From assembly GCF_902652985.1 (NCBI RefSeq), contig NC_047026.1, positions 5,208,001 through 5,272,000 on the forward strand: 64,000 nt of DNA, read 5' to 3'. Shown one piece after another: positions 11,967 through 25,728 of the stretch (within the stretch, counting starts at the first letter, position 1; each line of letters starts with the position of its first letter). This DNA is from Pecten maximus. Its lineage: Eukaryota. The notes beneath the pieces are model-generated. The model made no database searches. It was given only the letters and a program-made list of their open reading frames with translations, and was not told the origin of the DNA. Position numbers and translations under genes: made by a program.

Positions 11967-12115
11967 ACACTTTATTGTCTAATTAGATGGCAAAACTTTA
12001 ATAGTGAGAACTGTTGTGTAATTTGTCAACATGAGTGGTATTCGTATACTAGAACTCTGTGATTTTTTTGTTGATCAATATGTAAGAGAGTGGTAGTTGT
12101 ATACCAGACGGGGAG

Positions 12116-12966
12116 TGTGCTGTTACATTTGTTAAGAAAACTCAATTTTAGTTAACCTGTTATAAGAGTTGTTTCCCTTTGACTGTAAAATGCGTTTTTG
12201 GTATTTTCGCGCCACCGAGAACTCTTTAGTGAAGAAGGTGAGAAAAAGTGATAGTAAACTAAACCATGATGTGATAAGCTGTGCGGCGAGCGATTGGGAA
12301 AGTTTTCGGAAGTTTGGGAGACCATAATGTAAGTTTTATAGGTATTGTTATTATGAACATGTTGCAATATGCTGCAATAGAGAATGTTGTAATGTTACTG
12401 TCAGAAATCAGTCATAATAAGCCCTGGCATTTGTCGCGATAAACAATGCCATGTGGTGGAGTCATTTCGCCCATATATTTCCTGTCATAATTTGTGTAGA
12501 TTTTGGGTCGAGTTGACCTAGTCATATGGAAGTGATATGATATGGAGTACTGTGTAAGCTTTACCAATGTATGAGAATTGTATGTTTTCGTCTCGAATAA
12601 TATTCAGATGAAGTAAATTAGGTTTGGTTTGGAATTAATCAGTTTATAGTATAGAATATGTGATGAATACAAAGGCACATTGTCATTAATGATCAAGTCA
12701 CATTGATAGTCGATCTACTTGTAGTTAAGTACTTTTCAAGTACATTTCAAGTTTGTTCAAGTACATTTCAAGTTTGTTCAAGTACATTTCAAGTTGAGCT
12801 GTATTGTGAAATATCAGTCAAGATGCTTTGTAAGTCTATTCATTATTCTAAAACAGCTTTATTTCTGTTTGTTACAGTCCTTTACTACTACTATGGAATA
12901 AATTACTACGCACTTAAAGCAGCTGTCTCGGGTATTTTGTTATCGCCCTGATCTCGTGCAAGTACA
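12116..12966 (+). repeat. 3' LTR (851 bp)
   Basis: Copy of 4926-5776, preceded by the polypurine tract and followed by the TSD. Confidence 0.97.
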
Positions 12967-13044
12967 GGCCCCCTTGGCTTGAGGCTTTTAAATGACAGAA
13001 TGACAACACGCCTGACTATTCGATTTCCTCAGGCAATTCATTAC

Positions 13045-13665
13045 CTTACCAACAAATCATAAATATCCGGTTTCACGGAAATTGCAGGACTTTGCGTTGA
13101 TGGTGGTGAAGATACGAGAGATGTATATTCCAAACAGGGAAAACGCAACGCCTGTCATTTGTTGTCAATCAGCGGAAACACTGCCAACACAATACAAAAT
13201 GGCGATAAATACATGTTGGTCACATGATCATGTTTTGATCTTGGCACTTGAGCGCTTGCTGGTCAACATATTAAGGAGGCCTGCCCCAAAGAATTAAAAT
13301 TGCTACTTACGTACTTTATATTTTTATTTATTTCAAACCAATTTGTCATAAAAGAAAATGCAACATAATGTATAAAAGCACGATGTGTTTTAACGTCAAA
13401 TTTACCATGACATGGTAAAAATCGCGTCAAGTGTCCATCAATTGACTGATCAAAATGAACTATTAAAAAATAATCTTCAAAAATACTAGTATAGTCTTTC
13501 ATCATGACAGCTTTTTATTATGACTTAATGCTACTTAATATAAACAACGTATCCGTATTGCTGTATCCGTGTTTCGGTTCCTTTAGTGCAGTCTACATAT
13601 AGTCTGAATCAATTACACGCTCACTTCCTATAATCGTTTGATGGAGTGAGAGGAGGTAGGGGAGA
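13045..13665. promoter_or_regulatory. Probable bidirectional promoter of CCDC186 and BORCS7, including a putative non-coding exon 1 of CCDC186
   Basis: CpG-richer stretch with a minus-strand donor TTG|GTAAGG near 13049, YY1-like AAAATGGCG near 13196 and ETS-like CACTTCC at 13622. The two genes diverge from here. Confidence 0.5.
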
Positions 13666-16600
13666 ATGAGTTCTAATTCGATCCAATGGAATGCTGAGAC
13701 GAAAACGCGACTTAATGAGAAGGTCGCACAGAACATTGGAGATCTTGGGTCTTTGACCAGATATGTGGTCAGGTCGTCGAAATCCAGCGAGGTATGTTGT
13801 CCGTTAACTACTGCTTCATGTGCTGTAAAGCGTCTCCCGTTTTGACGGATTCACGAAATAAATATTTTTTCTGTAATTTCGTGACCCGTTCCTAGGAAAA
13901 GCAAAGGCCCCCCTAATGTCATGAATGAACATGAAAGGACCTGAATGGTTTTAAGATGTTTATTGCTTTAAGGATCCAAAAGCAAAGATATCAATTTAAA
14001 AAAAGCCATTTAAAAGTGAATATATCGAATGCTAATTCTGTTCACATCGTTTAACATTAACAGTAACACAGACCTAGTTGATAAGCTTTTAAAATCAAAA
14101 GGTCCATGTGACCTGCTTAATGGTGGCAAAAGCAAATAACAATTTTCTGATTAGATGGAACATTAAGTCTATATCCCTGATTAAATTTCATGTAGCAATC
14201 ATATAATGCGCAGAGTGAAAGTTTATGATGCTTAAAAGAAAACATTAAATTATCAGAGTCTGCCACAAACAGAGAAAAAGAATATGGCACAGTGAGACAA
14301 TTAAGTTTCTTAGCAGGCAACACTTTCAGTAAACAGCTGTTAGTAAAATATCATTGTCTTAATAATGTATTGCAAAATTGATTGTTTAGCGACTTTGGCT
14401 ATTTTTAGTGATCAATTCATACTCCAACTAGCGTACGTATGATATGCATATTTGCGTATTATATGAAAGTTGGCGTTTTCTCCAACTTGATTCATTCTGG
14501 AACAGATGGGTGAAAGTCCACTTTGTTGTACGCTACATGTAAACCCTGTCATGTATAGCTTTAAATTTCTAATGCCTCTTATTCTTTTTCAAAATGTATG
14601 AACTTATAATTGATTAATGGTTATTTATTATCTCAATATAGCCAAGGGCTTAATGAATGAAATCAAACTATCATTGTGTCAATTACTTAAATAGTCTTTA
14701 AACAGAGCTTTTTATATAAGAAAGTATTTTCTTGGTCAATGTGGACAATATATACACTGTATATAGATTGTCCAATAAAGTCAATTGCAATGAAAGAATA
14801 TAATTCGAAGGAATGAACATCTGGAGGCAAAATCATATATTATGTGTGAAATTTCATATCTTCCCCATATTTTATTAGGCCAGTGATCATGATGACTACC
14901 TTTAAGATATTGTAACTCTATGATATGATGGTTTGCATATGAAAGTTAATTGTCTTATGTGATCTAGCAGGTGTCGGGTATGAACATGTTTACCTGTAAT
15001 ACATTTGTAGATATCAATAGAATCTTTCACTTGTGATGCTTCCTAACTCAGTGCTCTTTGCACTTTAAATTCTGTCAAATCATCCCTTGTGTGTTAAACA
15101 ATTTGTTGATTTATACATGATTTACATTTTCTCATCCTCAATTTCCTTTCAGCTTTTAGCACAGGCTGAAAAGAATTTTACCTACCAAGAAAACATCATT
15201 CAAAATTCATCAGAGGTAAGTTTTATTCTGAAGACACTTCCATCGCTAAATTATTAAATTTACTGTTGATATTTTAACTCTTGTTATAGTTTAGAGGTCA
15301 GATTATGTAATTGGATGAAAACTGCTGCAAAATAATGTTTCTAAATTACATGATTAATCATTACTTTCAGAACAAAACTGTTTAAGATCAATTTCTCTTG
15401 TTACTTAGATTTATAGGAAACCTCTCAGCTTTTCTGTGTCATATAGATGTACCGGAACATTGACCTGGACCTTGACCCAACAACCTTAAAACTCCATCTT
15501 ATTTAATATATTTTTGTCCATTGTAATTGTGGGTAGTTTGATTAAAATACCTGAAGGAATGAAGTCACTAGAGTACTGAAAGGGATTTTTTTTTTTAAAT
15601 AGCAATGATGACCTTGACCACACGACCTTGAAACTTGAACTTGACAACCTTGAAACTTGAACTTGATTGAGATATTATTGTTCTTTGTATTTGTGTGAAG
15701 TTTCACTAAAGTCCCTGAAGGAATGAAAATCATTGGTGTTACGTATTTTATACATGCCAAGATGTACTGAGAGGAAAACTATAGACCTCTCTCCTCTCCC
15801 ATTTCTCCAGTAGGGACTAATAATAGTTTTATTGACCCGAGAATAGTTTGCACAATTTAAGCCAGTAAGGAAGTGTTCAAAATATAACTTCATAATGGTA
15901 ATGTTTCCCACATATATGGTAAAACAGGGTAATAGCATCATTAGTAGGCATCACTATTGATATTGATTTATAGATTAATGTTTATTTGTATTTACAGTCA
16001 TTGAAGAAAATGATGAACATCAAAAATCAGCTTGAATTCCAGTAAGTCGATCTCTAAACTCAGATTTGCACAAGAAAAGGCCATTAAATTCAGTTCAGCA
16101 TACTAGTATGAAGTCAGTTAATATAAGCTTTGTGTCGATGTCATTTCTGTCAGTCAGATGTTAGGAAAAAATATCATGATAGTTCTCTACTTTTATTATT
16201 ATTATACTAGATAAGACTCTTTTTTATATTTGTATGTTTTAGTTCTCTACTTTTATTTCTATACTAGGTAAGACTCCGTTCTACAACTGTGAGTTTTAGG
16301 GGTTTTTTGGCGAAAAGTATATAAACTGTATTATATTATTGTTTTATTCATGTTTCAGACAAGCAGCCATGGTTCGAAGGTAGGTACAAGTGTCTATATC
16401 ATGACCTACATAAAATTATGTACAATGTCCTTTAAGTAAAGAATATATATCCAAGTGTTCATCAATTACGTAAATGAAATGATACCGTAATTCCTGCCAA
16501 AGAGGTGAATGCCCTTACACCAATATATTATAACAGTTGTTTACCAAATCAAAGGTGATTTTGTTGGCTTGTGGTAAGAGGCATGAAAGCTAGATCATTA

Positions 16601-17321
16601 GTTTCAAGGTTTGTATCTAGAATATAAATCTCTGTTTCTGTACGAGTTAATTCAGTCTTGAAAATGAAGGAATACATTTGAAAGAAAAGGGTTTTTTGAC
16701 ATTCTAGGGCTTTTTCTGAGGGCTTTTTTGGGGCCTTGAATAGGCCCCATTCCCTATTGAAATTATTTCATATTTAGCCAAATTCCCAAAATTTGCAGTT
16801 TACTCCTGAAAAAATCTTTCCCAATTCATCAATTTTCTTACCAAAATGAGACAAAAATACTCCTTCCCAAATCAGTGAGGAAAAGCCCTGCATTCTCTTA
16901 CTGAAGTAAACAATTAAATTGAATATATTGATAATGACTCTAATTATTATATATATATATATATATAAAAGATGATTTCTCATTAATTAAAATAGGCCCT
17001 CTACAAATTAATTATCGACCGAGGGGATCGTTTTCAGAAACATAACAATATTTTTCGCTGTTTACCTAGCTACTACATTTGTGTAACTGTTCCATGTTCT
17101 ATGTCTATATGTGATCATTTTGAATTTACTTGTGCCTTGATAAAGGGACAGATTGTCTAAAAAATTTGATAACTGTCTGTACTGTCATTATTACTACTTG
17201 ACAAATTTTATACATGTATATATATATATACCATATTCATTCTTTCAAAGTGTCATCCTTGTGTTTCAGCATGAGTACAATTGATGACATTCAGGATATC
17301 CTCAAGACTATACAACGTTGA
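13666..17321 (+). CDS. BORCS7: BLOC-1-related complex subunit 7 (101 aa, 5 exons)
   Basis: Exons 13666-13791, 15153-15215, 15998-16041, 16359-16379 and 17270-17321; all introns GT-AG with consistent phases. Protein MSSNSIQWNAETKTRLNEKVAQNIGDLGSLTRYVVRSSKSSELLAQAEKNFTYQENIIQNSSESLKKMMNIKNQLEFQQAAMVRSMSTIDDIQDILKTIQR matches the recalled BORCS7 pattern (SRSSELLGQAA...SEDSLRKM...HLQYQQEAI). AATAAA signals at about 17740-17757. Confidence 0.9.
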
Positions 17322-17884
17322 TGCAGGAATCACCTGAGCTGATAAAAAGACCCTCGTGTTAATGAATTACTGAAAAATGTCTCACTAATACCGTGGACAG
17401 AACCAAACAATGCAAATGTGTGCATGACAAGTCGACCATATTTACCGAGTTTCTTGTCATTCTCCAAAGAAATTTGTTGTGATGAAAATACAATGGATTT
17501 TCAGATTTAACAACATTGTCTTTTTCAAACCCGGATTGATTTGTCGCCTGTCCCTCATTTTATTTATGGTGTGATCATATTAAGACAAGATAATATCTTA
17601 AATCTGAATTGTTGTCAAAGAAGGGATTTTTTTTCCTTTAATGATATTTAAAGTTATTTATTGTTAATTTATTTTACAATGTATGTCTTAATTTCTCTTG
17701 TAGAAATGTGTTTGTTATAGTATTTCATAATGAAAAAATAATAAAACATTCAATAAAAATTTTACCTTTTATTTTGCATAAAACCCAACAGTACCTACAT
17801 AAATTATTGTGACAATGAATGAGGGCTGTTACAGAGAAAACCCAACTGAACATTACATAATTAAATCATTGTGACAATGAATGA

Positions 17885-18024
17885 GGGCTGTTCCAAACAA
17901 TTTAAATTCTGTAGGTGGCCATTCCAAGCAATAATTCAGAATATGTAGGTGGTGGTGGTAAAAAAAAAGTGCCTTCTTGGTGGGGGGGGGGGGGGGGGGG
18001 AGGTCATTTTTTCTGGAACAGCCC
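17885..18024. mobile_element. Small PIF/Harbinger-like MITE
   Basis: TIR GGGCTGTTCCA / TGGAACAGCCC with TGA on both flanks (3-bp TSD); internal G-run. Confidence 0.55.
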
Positions 18025-18459
18025 TGAGAAATACTTCCATAAAATCAAGAAGTATTCATATATGTCATTTCTGTTGGTTAAATTAATATATTACGAGTAA
18101 AGCAGTTTAAATTAAGGACACCAAAAGATTACAAACATAAACAAGCCATGTACATGTGTAGTTGATGCCATAACACCATAAACAGTAAGTATAAAACAAA
18201 TATATTGGCATCCAAACAATACATACGAAAACAAGAAATGTTAAAAAGGAATGTTTATAGAACTAATCAAGTTTCGGTGTCATTAGACTTGTCTGTCTCT
18301 GTGTCTGTCTGTCTCTGTGTCTGTCTATCCTTCTTAACTTTGTCTGTCTGTGCCCTCCGTGTACACTTGTTTTTTCTCGGCTTTACCTATAATAATCCCC
18401 TTTCCTTTTCAATTAATTAAAAAGTTGGTTTTTCTTCCTGTCTGGATCTTATACTATGT

Positions 18460-19903
18460 AAACAAGAGGCCCAATGGGCCTGTATCGCTCACCTGACACT
18501 ACAGCAACTTTGAAGTGGATTTAGGTTATTTCTGCAGATACTATGCTGATAACCACTTAATTCAAATATCAGTGAGGCTAAGTTTCCTCCTGTGAATATA
18601 TATTCTACTTCTTCATTCCAGTACACAACTGGCCTAATATCTGGTCTCTTTGCTAACAAGAAATCATTGTTTAAAGAATTCAGCCTATTTGACCTTGAAT
18701 GTAGGTCAAGGTCATTCATTTGAAAAAACTTGGTAGCCCTTCACCACACATGCTACAGGCCTAATATTAAGTCCCTGGGCTTCTTAGTTATTGAGAAGTC
18801 GTTAGAAGATTTTAGCCTATTTGACCGATGTGACCTTGAATGAAGGTCAAGATCATTCATTTGAATAAACTTGGTAGCCCTTCACCTAAGCATGCTACAG
18901 GCCTAACATTAAGTCTGTGGGCTTCTTGGTTATTGAGAAGAAGTTGTTTGAATATTTAAGCCTATATTAGCCTATTTGACACATGTGACCTTGAATGAAG
19001 GTCAAGGTCATTCATTTGAATAAACTCGGTAGCCCTTTGCCCTAGCATGCTACAGGCCTAATATTAAGTCTGTGGGCTTCTTGGTTATTGAGAAGTCGTT
19101 TGCAGATTTTAGCCTATTTGACCCATGTGACCTTGAATGAAGGTCAAGGTCATTCATTTGAACAAACTTTGTAGCCCTCCACCAAGGCAAGCTACATGCC
19201 TAATATTAAGTCCCTTGGCCTCTTGGTAATTGGTAAGAAGTTGTTTAAAGATTTTAGCCATTTTGAGCCATGTGACCTTGAATGAAGGTCAATGTCATTC
19301 ATTTGAACAAACTTGATAGCCCTTCATCCCAGCATGCTACAGGCCCAATATCAAGTCCCTGGACCTCTTGGTTATTGAGAAGTTGTTTGATTTTAGCCTA
19401 TTTGACCCAAATGACCTTGAATGAAGGTCGAGATCATTTATTTGAACAAACTTGGTAGCCCTTCATCCAGCATGCTACAGGCCCAATATCAAGTCCCTGG
19501 GCCTCTTGGTTATTGAGAAGAAGTTGTTTGACGATTATAGCCTATTTGACCCGTGTGACCTTGAATGAAGGTCAGGGTCATTCATTTGAACAACTTAGTA
19601 GTCCTTCTACCCAGCATGCTACAGGCCCAATATCAAGTCCCTGGACCTCTTGGTTATGGAGAAGAAGTTGTTTGAAGATTATAGCCTATTTGACCCATGT
19701 GACCTTGAATGGAGGTCAAGGTCATTTATTTTGAACAAATTTGGTAGCCCTTCACCCCAGCATGCTACAGGTCCAATATCAAGTCCCTTGGCCTCTTGGT
19801 TATTGAGAAGAAGTTGTTTAAATGAAAAGTTGACGCCTGACAGACGGACGGACGCCGCACCACGGCATAAGCTCACTTGCCCTTCGGGCAGGTGAGCTTA
19901 AAA
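18460..19903. mobile_element. Helentron/HINE-type non-autonomous element carrying about 8 copies of a ~144-bp tandem repeat
   Basis: Starts AACAAGAGGCCCAATGGGCC...GCTCACCTG. GACCTTGAAT recurs at 18691, 18832, 18987, 19129, 19274, 19413, 19557 and 19701. It ends with a (GACG)n microsatellite and the terminal hairpin GCTCACTTGCCCTTCGGGCAGGTGAGC. Confidence 0.75.
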
Positions 19904-21429
19904 TGACATTTCTGTTTTAGAAAACATCTAAATATCTACAAATCAGTCTGGATGAAATGTGTTTAAGGTTTCTACATGTAATATACTTTGTAATTTGCAT
20001 TAGTAATTTGTATGAATGAAATGAACTATATTGCGAGACTTGTTAATGTATGTATGTAGTTAAGAGGTTTGCTATGAAAAGACAGATGTTGGTATGGAGG
20101 ACTAGTATTACTATGTCTTGTAAAAATTTGCTTGGAAAAATTATAAGTTACAACAACAAAAATCAGTGTTTACCAGACAAAACCTGAAGAAACTTGATAC
20201 CAAGAGTTCACAAATTTTCACATCTTGTAACATTGCCAACAATTTTTTTAAAACATTTTTAATACCAGAATTATTTCAATAAATACACCTCAATATGCAA
20301 TAGGGTTAAAATTCAGCTGTGACATGGCTCTGTTGATATCTGATACATGTAACAAGGATTTTGTCAATTTTTGATACACACTATGTTAGTGTATATATCT
20401 GTCAATTTTTACAATTTGCTATATTAGCATATATGTATTATTTGCTATATTAGCATATATGTAAATTACACTCTGATAGTGTTTTCACGCCTGTCTTTAG
20501 TAACACCTGTGTGATATACCTGTGTTCGTTATTAAATACTATTTACTTGTATAACTCCAAGGTAACCACAATTTTAATTATTTAGTTATAATTGCACGTC
20601 TGTGACTTGTTACAATTATATTCATATTTAATATACAGTGCTCATGTTACTATGATATCCAAAATGTGACTTTAAACAAAATTTCTTGATGTTTACACGT
20701 GATACAGACAGTAAACAAAGCCATGTAAGAGCAGATTTTTATCAGAATAAATCTTGATATCTTTATTTGTGAATATCATAGCTTTACGCATTTAAAGTAA
20801 ATTTGGAACATTTAAATAATAATAAATAATCAAAAGTCTTTGGAAATGTATAGTGGAGCATAGTCCTAAGAGTATCTGCTGGTCATGGTTTACGCTGATA
20901 GTGAGAACCTCTCGGACATAATGTAGCCTGGATGATACTGCTACTGTACTAACAGAGATTGGATTATAAATTTTTTTTACAGAGACAAATAAATGTTAAA
21001 ATGACGATTCATCCTCTGAAACAAAGTCTTGCTAGGAAATGCTTTTAACTACGATCAGAGATGATGGATAAATGGGGTTCGACTCCACATCTGTACAACA
21101 AAAAAACAGTATTTCTCTCCTTTGCTTCATATGATGAAAATGAATATTCTAGATCATAATTATAATTTAATAACAAAATTTAACAAGGTAACAATCAATG
21201 TCCTTAATAATATCCAAAACATGTATACATAATGTATCAAGTTTTAAGGACATGGAATGATTTAAACAAAGACTTTAGCTCACCTGGTCCGAAGGACCAA
21301 TGTGAGCTTATAATGCCAGCATGTTCTTCTTTCAATTCTTCCTATTAATCATTAGATAACATGGGGAACCTATACATAGGAAATACAGTGTATAAGAAAG
21401 ATCCAAGTAAAATGTATCGGTAACAAATT

Positions 21430-22250
21430 TTAACTGTCAAATCAAAGATGGCCGCCTGTTGGCCATTTTGTTTTTGCAATCTGACCCAAAAAATTAATGG
21501 GCACAAAAAAAGGACCCAGAGAAACCTACAAGTGAAGTTTAAAAAATCCCTCAAGTAGCCTACTTAAAAAATAGCTTTAACAAACTACATCTGTCAAAAT
21601 CCAAGATGGTGGTCTATAGGCCATTTTGTTTTCCCAATCAGACTTGAGGTAAAATGGGCATAACAAGACACAAAGGGAAACCTATGTGTCAATTATGAGA
21701 AATATCCCTCCAGTACCATTCAGGAAATGGTGATCTGCAGCAACAAGACCAAGCTGCTCAGCAGATGGAATCTTTATCATATAGTAAAAACTTAAATACA
21801 AAGTAAAGCATAATTTACATTGGTCTCAAAATGACAAGGGCACAACTAGGGCCAAGTGGGAACCTACATGTGAAGTACATGGGTGGCACAGTGGTATCAA
21901 CACACTTGCCTTTCACCTAGGTGTCCAGGGTTCAATACCCAGAATGCACGTGAAAAGGTATGGGGTCACCTTCCCAACCATGTGGGTTTCCCCTGGGTAC
22001 TGGTCTGGTTTCCTCCTACAGTAAGGCCCCTTGGTACGCTTCAATCTGGGCAACAAGCGTGATTAACATAAGATATAACTTGTTTCGCAATTGCTGTAAA
22101 AAAAGATAAAGTTTATATTTATACATTTGAAGTTTGAGAAATATATCCCTTCAATACTCCTCAAGAAATAGTGATAACAATGATTGTTTATGGATGGACC
22201 AGGGACATAGGTCGATTTGAATAGTCACATCCTCATATGGTCAGCTAAAA
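21430..22250 (-). mobile_element. Degenerate copy of the ~155-bp-unit HINE family, interrupted by a SINE
   Basis: CAAGATGGCCGCCTG...CCATTTTG motifs are reverse-complementary to the units in 61271-62880. Confidence 0.55.
21880..22120 (+). mobile_element. tRNA-derived SINE (V-domain-like)
   Basis: A box GGTGGCACAGTGGTA, B box GGGTTCAATACC, central GTGGGTTTCCCCTGGGTACT...GGTTTCCTCC and an AT-rich tail. Confidence 0.65.
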
Positions 22251-22966
22251 ACATTACTAACACTAGAATTTATATACCTTTTGTATACTTCTAAAGACTG
22301 TACATATTCATGTTAAGCAAGCATTAACATTTTATGATATGAAACTGTTGCTGAATATATGAAGTAAAGAAAGACTTCAATATCTCTAAATACTTCTAAA
22401 GACAACCATTGACATCAATACGGATATGTTTACCTCTACATTGTACATGTACCAAAGTCAATAGAATTCAAACCCTACAAACCCTACATCTGTCGTGATT
22501 GTACAAAATGTAACCAAATCTCTATGAACACACCAACAAAAATAAGTATATTATGCCATAGCATTGTTTCGTAACCCCTTTACAGTTTTTTGACTGCAAC
22601 TTGTCCACCAGTTTGCACCCATATTTTTTGAAGATTTGGTGGATAACAAATTTGTGTAATACATATACATAGTATAGATTTGTAAAACTTCCTTGTTGTA
22701 TTGATTTTTATCAGAGTTATCGCCCTTTGTCCAATCAATATTCTCTGAATGTAATAAGTTATATATTAGCATATATGATTTTACATACTGATCAAATGTC
22801 TGGACTAAACCAAAAATAATCAATATAAGAAGCTGGACAGCCAAAAAAGTTACAAAAGACATATGGGGATCAGAAATCATAGTCAAACCTGTCTATAAAG
22901 GACAGATAAAAAGTTTCCTTTATAGACAGGTGTCCTTTATACAGAGGAAAATATAAATTATATGGT

Positions 22967-23040
22967 AAATTGCAATGAGTGGAATAATATAAATTGCAAT
23001 GAGTGGAATAATATAAATTGCAATGAGTGGAATAATATAA
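22967..23040. repeat. 24-bp tandem repeat x3
   Basis: AAATTGCAATGAGTGGAATAATAT repeated three times. Confidence 0.8.
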
Positions 23041-23591
23041 GATCTTTTGTATAAAGATTTTTTCCCTCGCAGTCATACACACACCACCAAATTGAGAGAT
23101 TGCAATGATGTGGAGTTCATAGAACAAGAATTAACATTTCAGCAAAAATATCTTTTTAAAAAAATCTGCGACATAAATATATACACAAGACAATGTGAAG
23201 TAAAGCTTCATATGGCAATATTCAGATCTCCCGAAATGTATGTATATCATAAAGAACATGGTTCCATAAAATAACTATATTATATAAGTCTCTGGGTACA
23301 ATCAGCACTATCTCAAAATGTCAACAGCACAGTGAATATATTTCAACTCAAAAGAACAACATGAAAATCTTTCCCATTAGGATTTCGCAAATGTAATTTT
23401 ACAGAAATAACAGACCCCTGTGAATATTTAGTTTTTCCAGCAGTTTGAATTCATCGTTAGTGTAGTTTTCTGACTTCCTTATAAGGAAGTAAAATGTTCA
23501 CCCACATGTGACCAAAATCGATTCATATCTAGGTAATTAAGCCTTGCTTACAGCTGGTGGAAGACAGGAATAACAGATTGTAAATTTAAAC

Positions 23592-23767
23592 TTTGGTTTG
23601 GTTAATTAGTTTAACGTCCTATTAACAGCCAGGGTCACTTAAGGACGTGCCATATTTTGGAGGTGGAGGAAAGCCAGAAATCCACCGGCCTACGGTCAGT
23701 ACCTGGCAATTGCCCCACATAGGTTTCGAACTCGCAACCCAGAGGTGGAGGGCTAGTGATAAAGTGT
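23592..23767 (-). mobile_element. 5'-truncated tRNA-derived SINE (same family as 38858-39082)
   Basis: Shares CCTATTAACAGCCAGGGTCA...GTTTCGAACTCGCAACCCAGAGGTGGAGGGCTAGTG with the full copy. Confidence 0.8.
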
Positions 23768-24054
23768 TAAATTTAAACAAATTGACTCCTTAATTTATTG
23801 CAAGCTTTTGGTGTCCAGTCTTGACTTCTTGCATATTTCAACTTTTCAAGTGAGATTCAATGTCACTCATTAATGATAAAAGATTTCCGACAATCACATT
23901 TCAAAACTTGGTTTAAACTTTTGTTTTTATCCTCAAAATTCCAGTCTCAACATATCAACAGTTCAACTCCATATTTATTGAAGTAACAAAGACTACCCAG
24001 GTATTTTGGAATTTTTTTTGAACTCATAAACAATAACAAAGATGTTGAAATTAA

Positions 24055-25072
24055 CCAGAGATACAAGAGGGATCTTGGCGCTCACCATTGATTTATCTTC
24101 ACTTGTTCTATTTATGATCTTTTCTCTATTTTAATGATTTTATAACAAGGAGAACATACACATAAAATCTAAGAGATATATCAGAGGACAATTTTCTGGG
24201 AATTAGAAATAATGAAGCAATATAAATTTCAACAGTCAGCCATTTTGCTTATAAGATCGGACTCAAAATCAAATGGGTAAAACTAAGGTCCAAGGGAAAC
24301 CATCATATGAAATCTAAGAGATATTGAACTTTTTGTGAACACTGATCTCATGACAGAATAAGACAATATATATATATATGATATTTGTTGTTTATCTACT
24401 GAACTTGTGTAACTGTTCCATGTTCTATGTCTATATGCGAACATTTGTAATTTACTTGTCTTGAAAAAGGGACAGATTGCCTCGAAAATTTGACTATTAG
24501 CTTTTTTCTACTGGTTATTACTACACATGGCCAATGATACATATACTGTATATATATATATATATATGATTATTATTATACACATTCACCTCCATATTTG
24601 CTGGTCTAATGGAAATGAAAATACTGGGATAAAACCCTTTTGCATGATTTGATTTGTTTAATTTTCAAATCCTAAATACCTCCCCTACTAAGAACCAGGG
24701 TGGGTCATAGTCAGAGATCAACTTTGTCCTTGACCTTTGGAACCAAATGGACCATGGGAAATCTACCTGTGAAGTTTGCAAAAAATTATTCCAGTATACT
24801 TCTCAAGAAATAAAGATAACAAACTTTCAATTGTCTAGATCAAAGATGGCTGGTTAGCAGCCATTTTGTTTTCTGGATCAAACTTCAAATAAAATTGGCA
24901 CAACTAGGGACCAAGAGGAACCTACATTTGAAGTTTGAGAAAAATCACTCCATATCTCTTAAGAAAGAGCGATAGCAAGTTTTATTTACAGACAGATAGA
25001 TGACGAACCATAGACGCATAAAGAACGATTAAATATAAAAGCCCACCAACTGATGATGGTACGCTAAAAAAA
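24055..25072 (-). mobile_element. Degenerate copy of the ~155-bp-unit HINE family
   Basis: GAGGGATCTTGGCGC at the left end and CCCACCAACTGATGATGGTACGCTAAAA at the right end mirror the termini of 61271-62880. Confidence 0.6.
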
Positions 25073-25728
25073 TGTAAAATGCACATTGTGGATTTGTGAT
25101 CGATCTTAAGAGAAATAAAATGGTAATCAATATATATATAATACAATAAATTGTACACATCAACTGTGATGTATATTCCTATACATGCAGCAGATATCAG
25201 GACATACAAAATATATCCATGTACATGTGGTACCCAAGCCAGTTTTTATAATTTCTGGAGGGGATATCATGTTATCTAATAGACTGGAATCTATCTCAAA
25301 TAAGATGTATACTATTGCAGACTTGACATAGATATTAAGAGTTTTAGTTTGGGAAGAAGTACTTTGTGGTCAAATGTTCTTTTTCAAATCTATGAAGATT
25401 TCTCTGTTGTCTACCCCTTTAATCCAGGTATCTATATAATAATTATCATATTTATAATTATAAAGAGCCTAATTCTGACAGGAGTGTCGAGATCGGAAAC
25501 CAGACTGAGAACTATGCAATAATTGTTAATTGGTCAAATATTTGTAGAAATGTTTTGATACATGTTTTTTTTTCCCCAAATCATGTTGAAAGAGTAACTA
25601 AAGTTGAAATTAGTCAAAAATTGTCTGGATTTCTTTATCATTTCATTTAAATTTTGACTAGTGTGGCTTCTATAAGTATTATTTATCTTTAAACATTACT
25701 TAATGAAATCTTGTGAGTCTTAGCAAAG

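Larger units (their letters stand above)
4926..12966 (+). mobile_element. Full-length BEL/Pao LTR retrotransposon (8041 bp)
   Basis: TG...CA LTRs at 4926-5776 and 12116-12966; 5-bp TSD GGCCC (4921-4925 and 12967-12971); purine tract AGACGGGGAG just before the 3' LTR; single gag-pol ORF. Confidence 0.97.
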
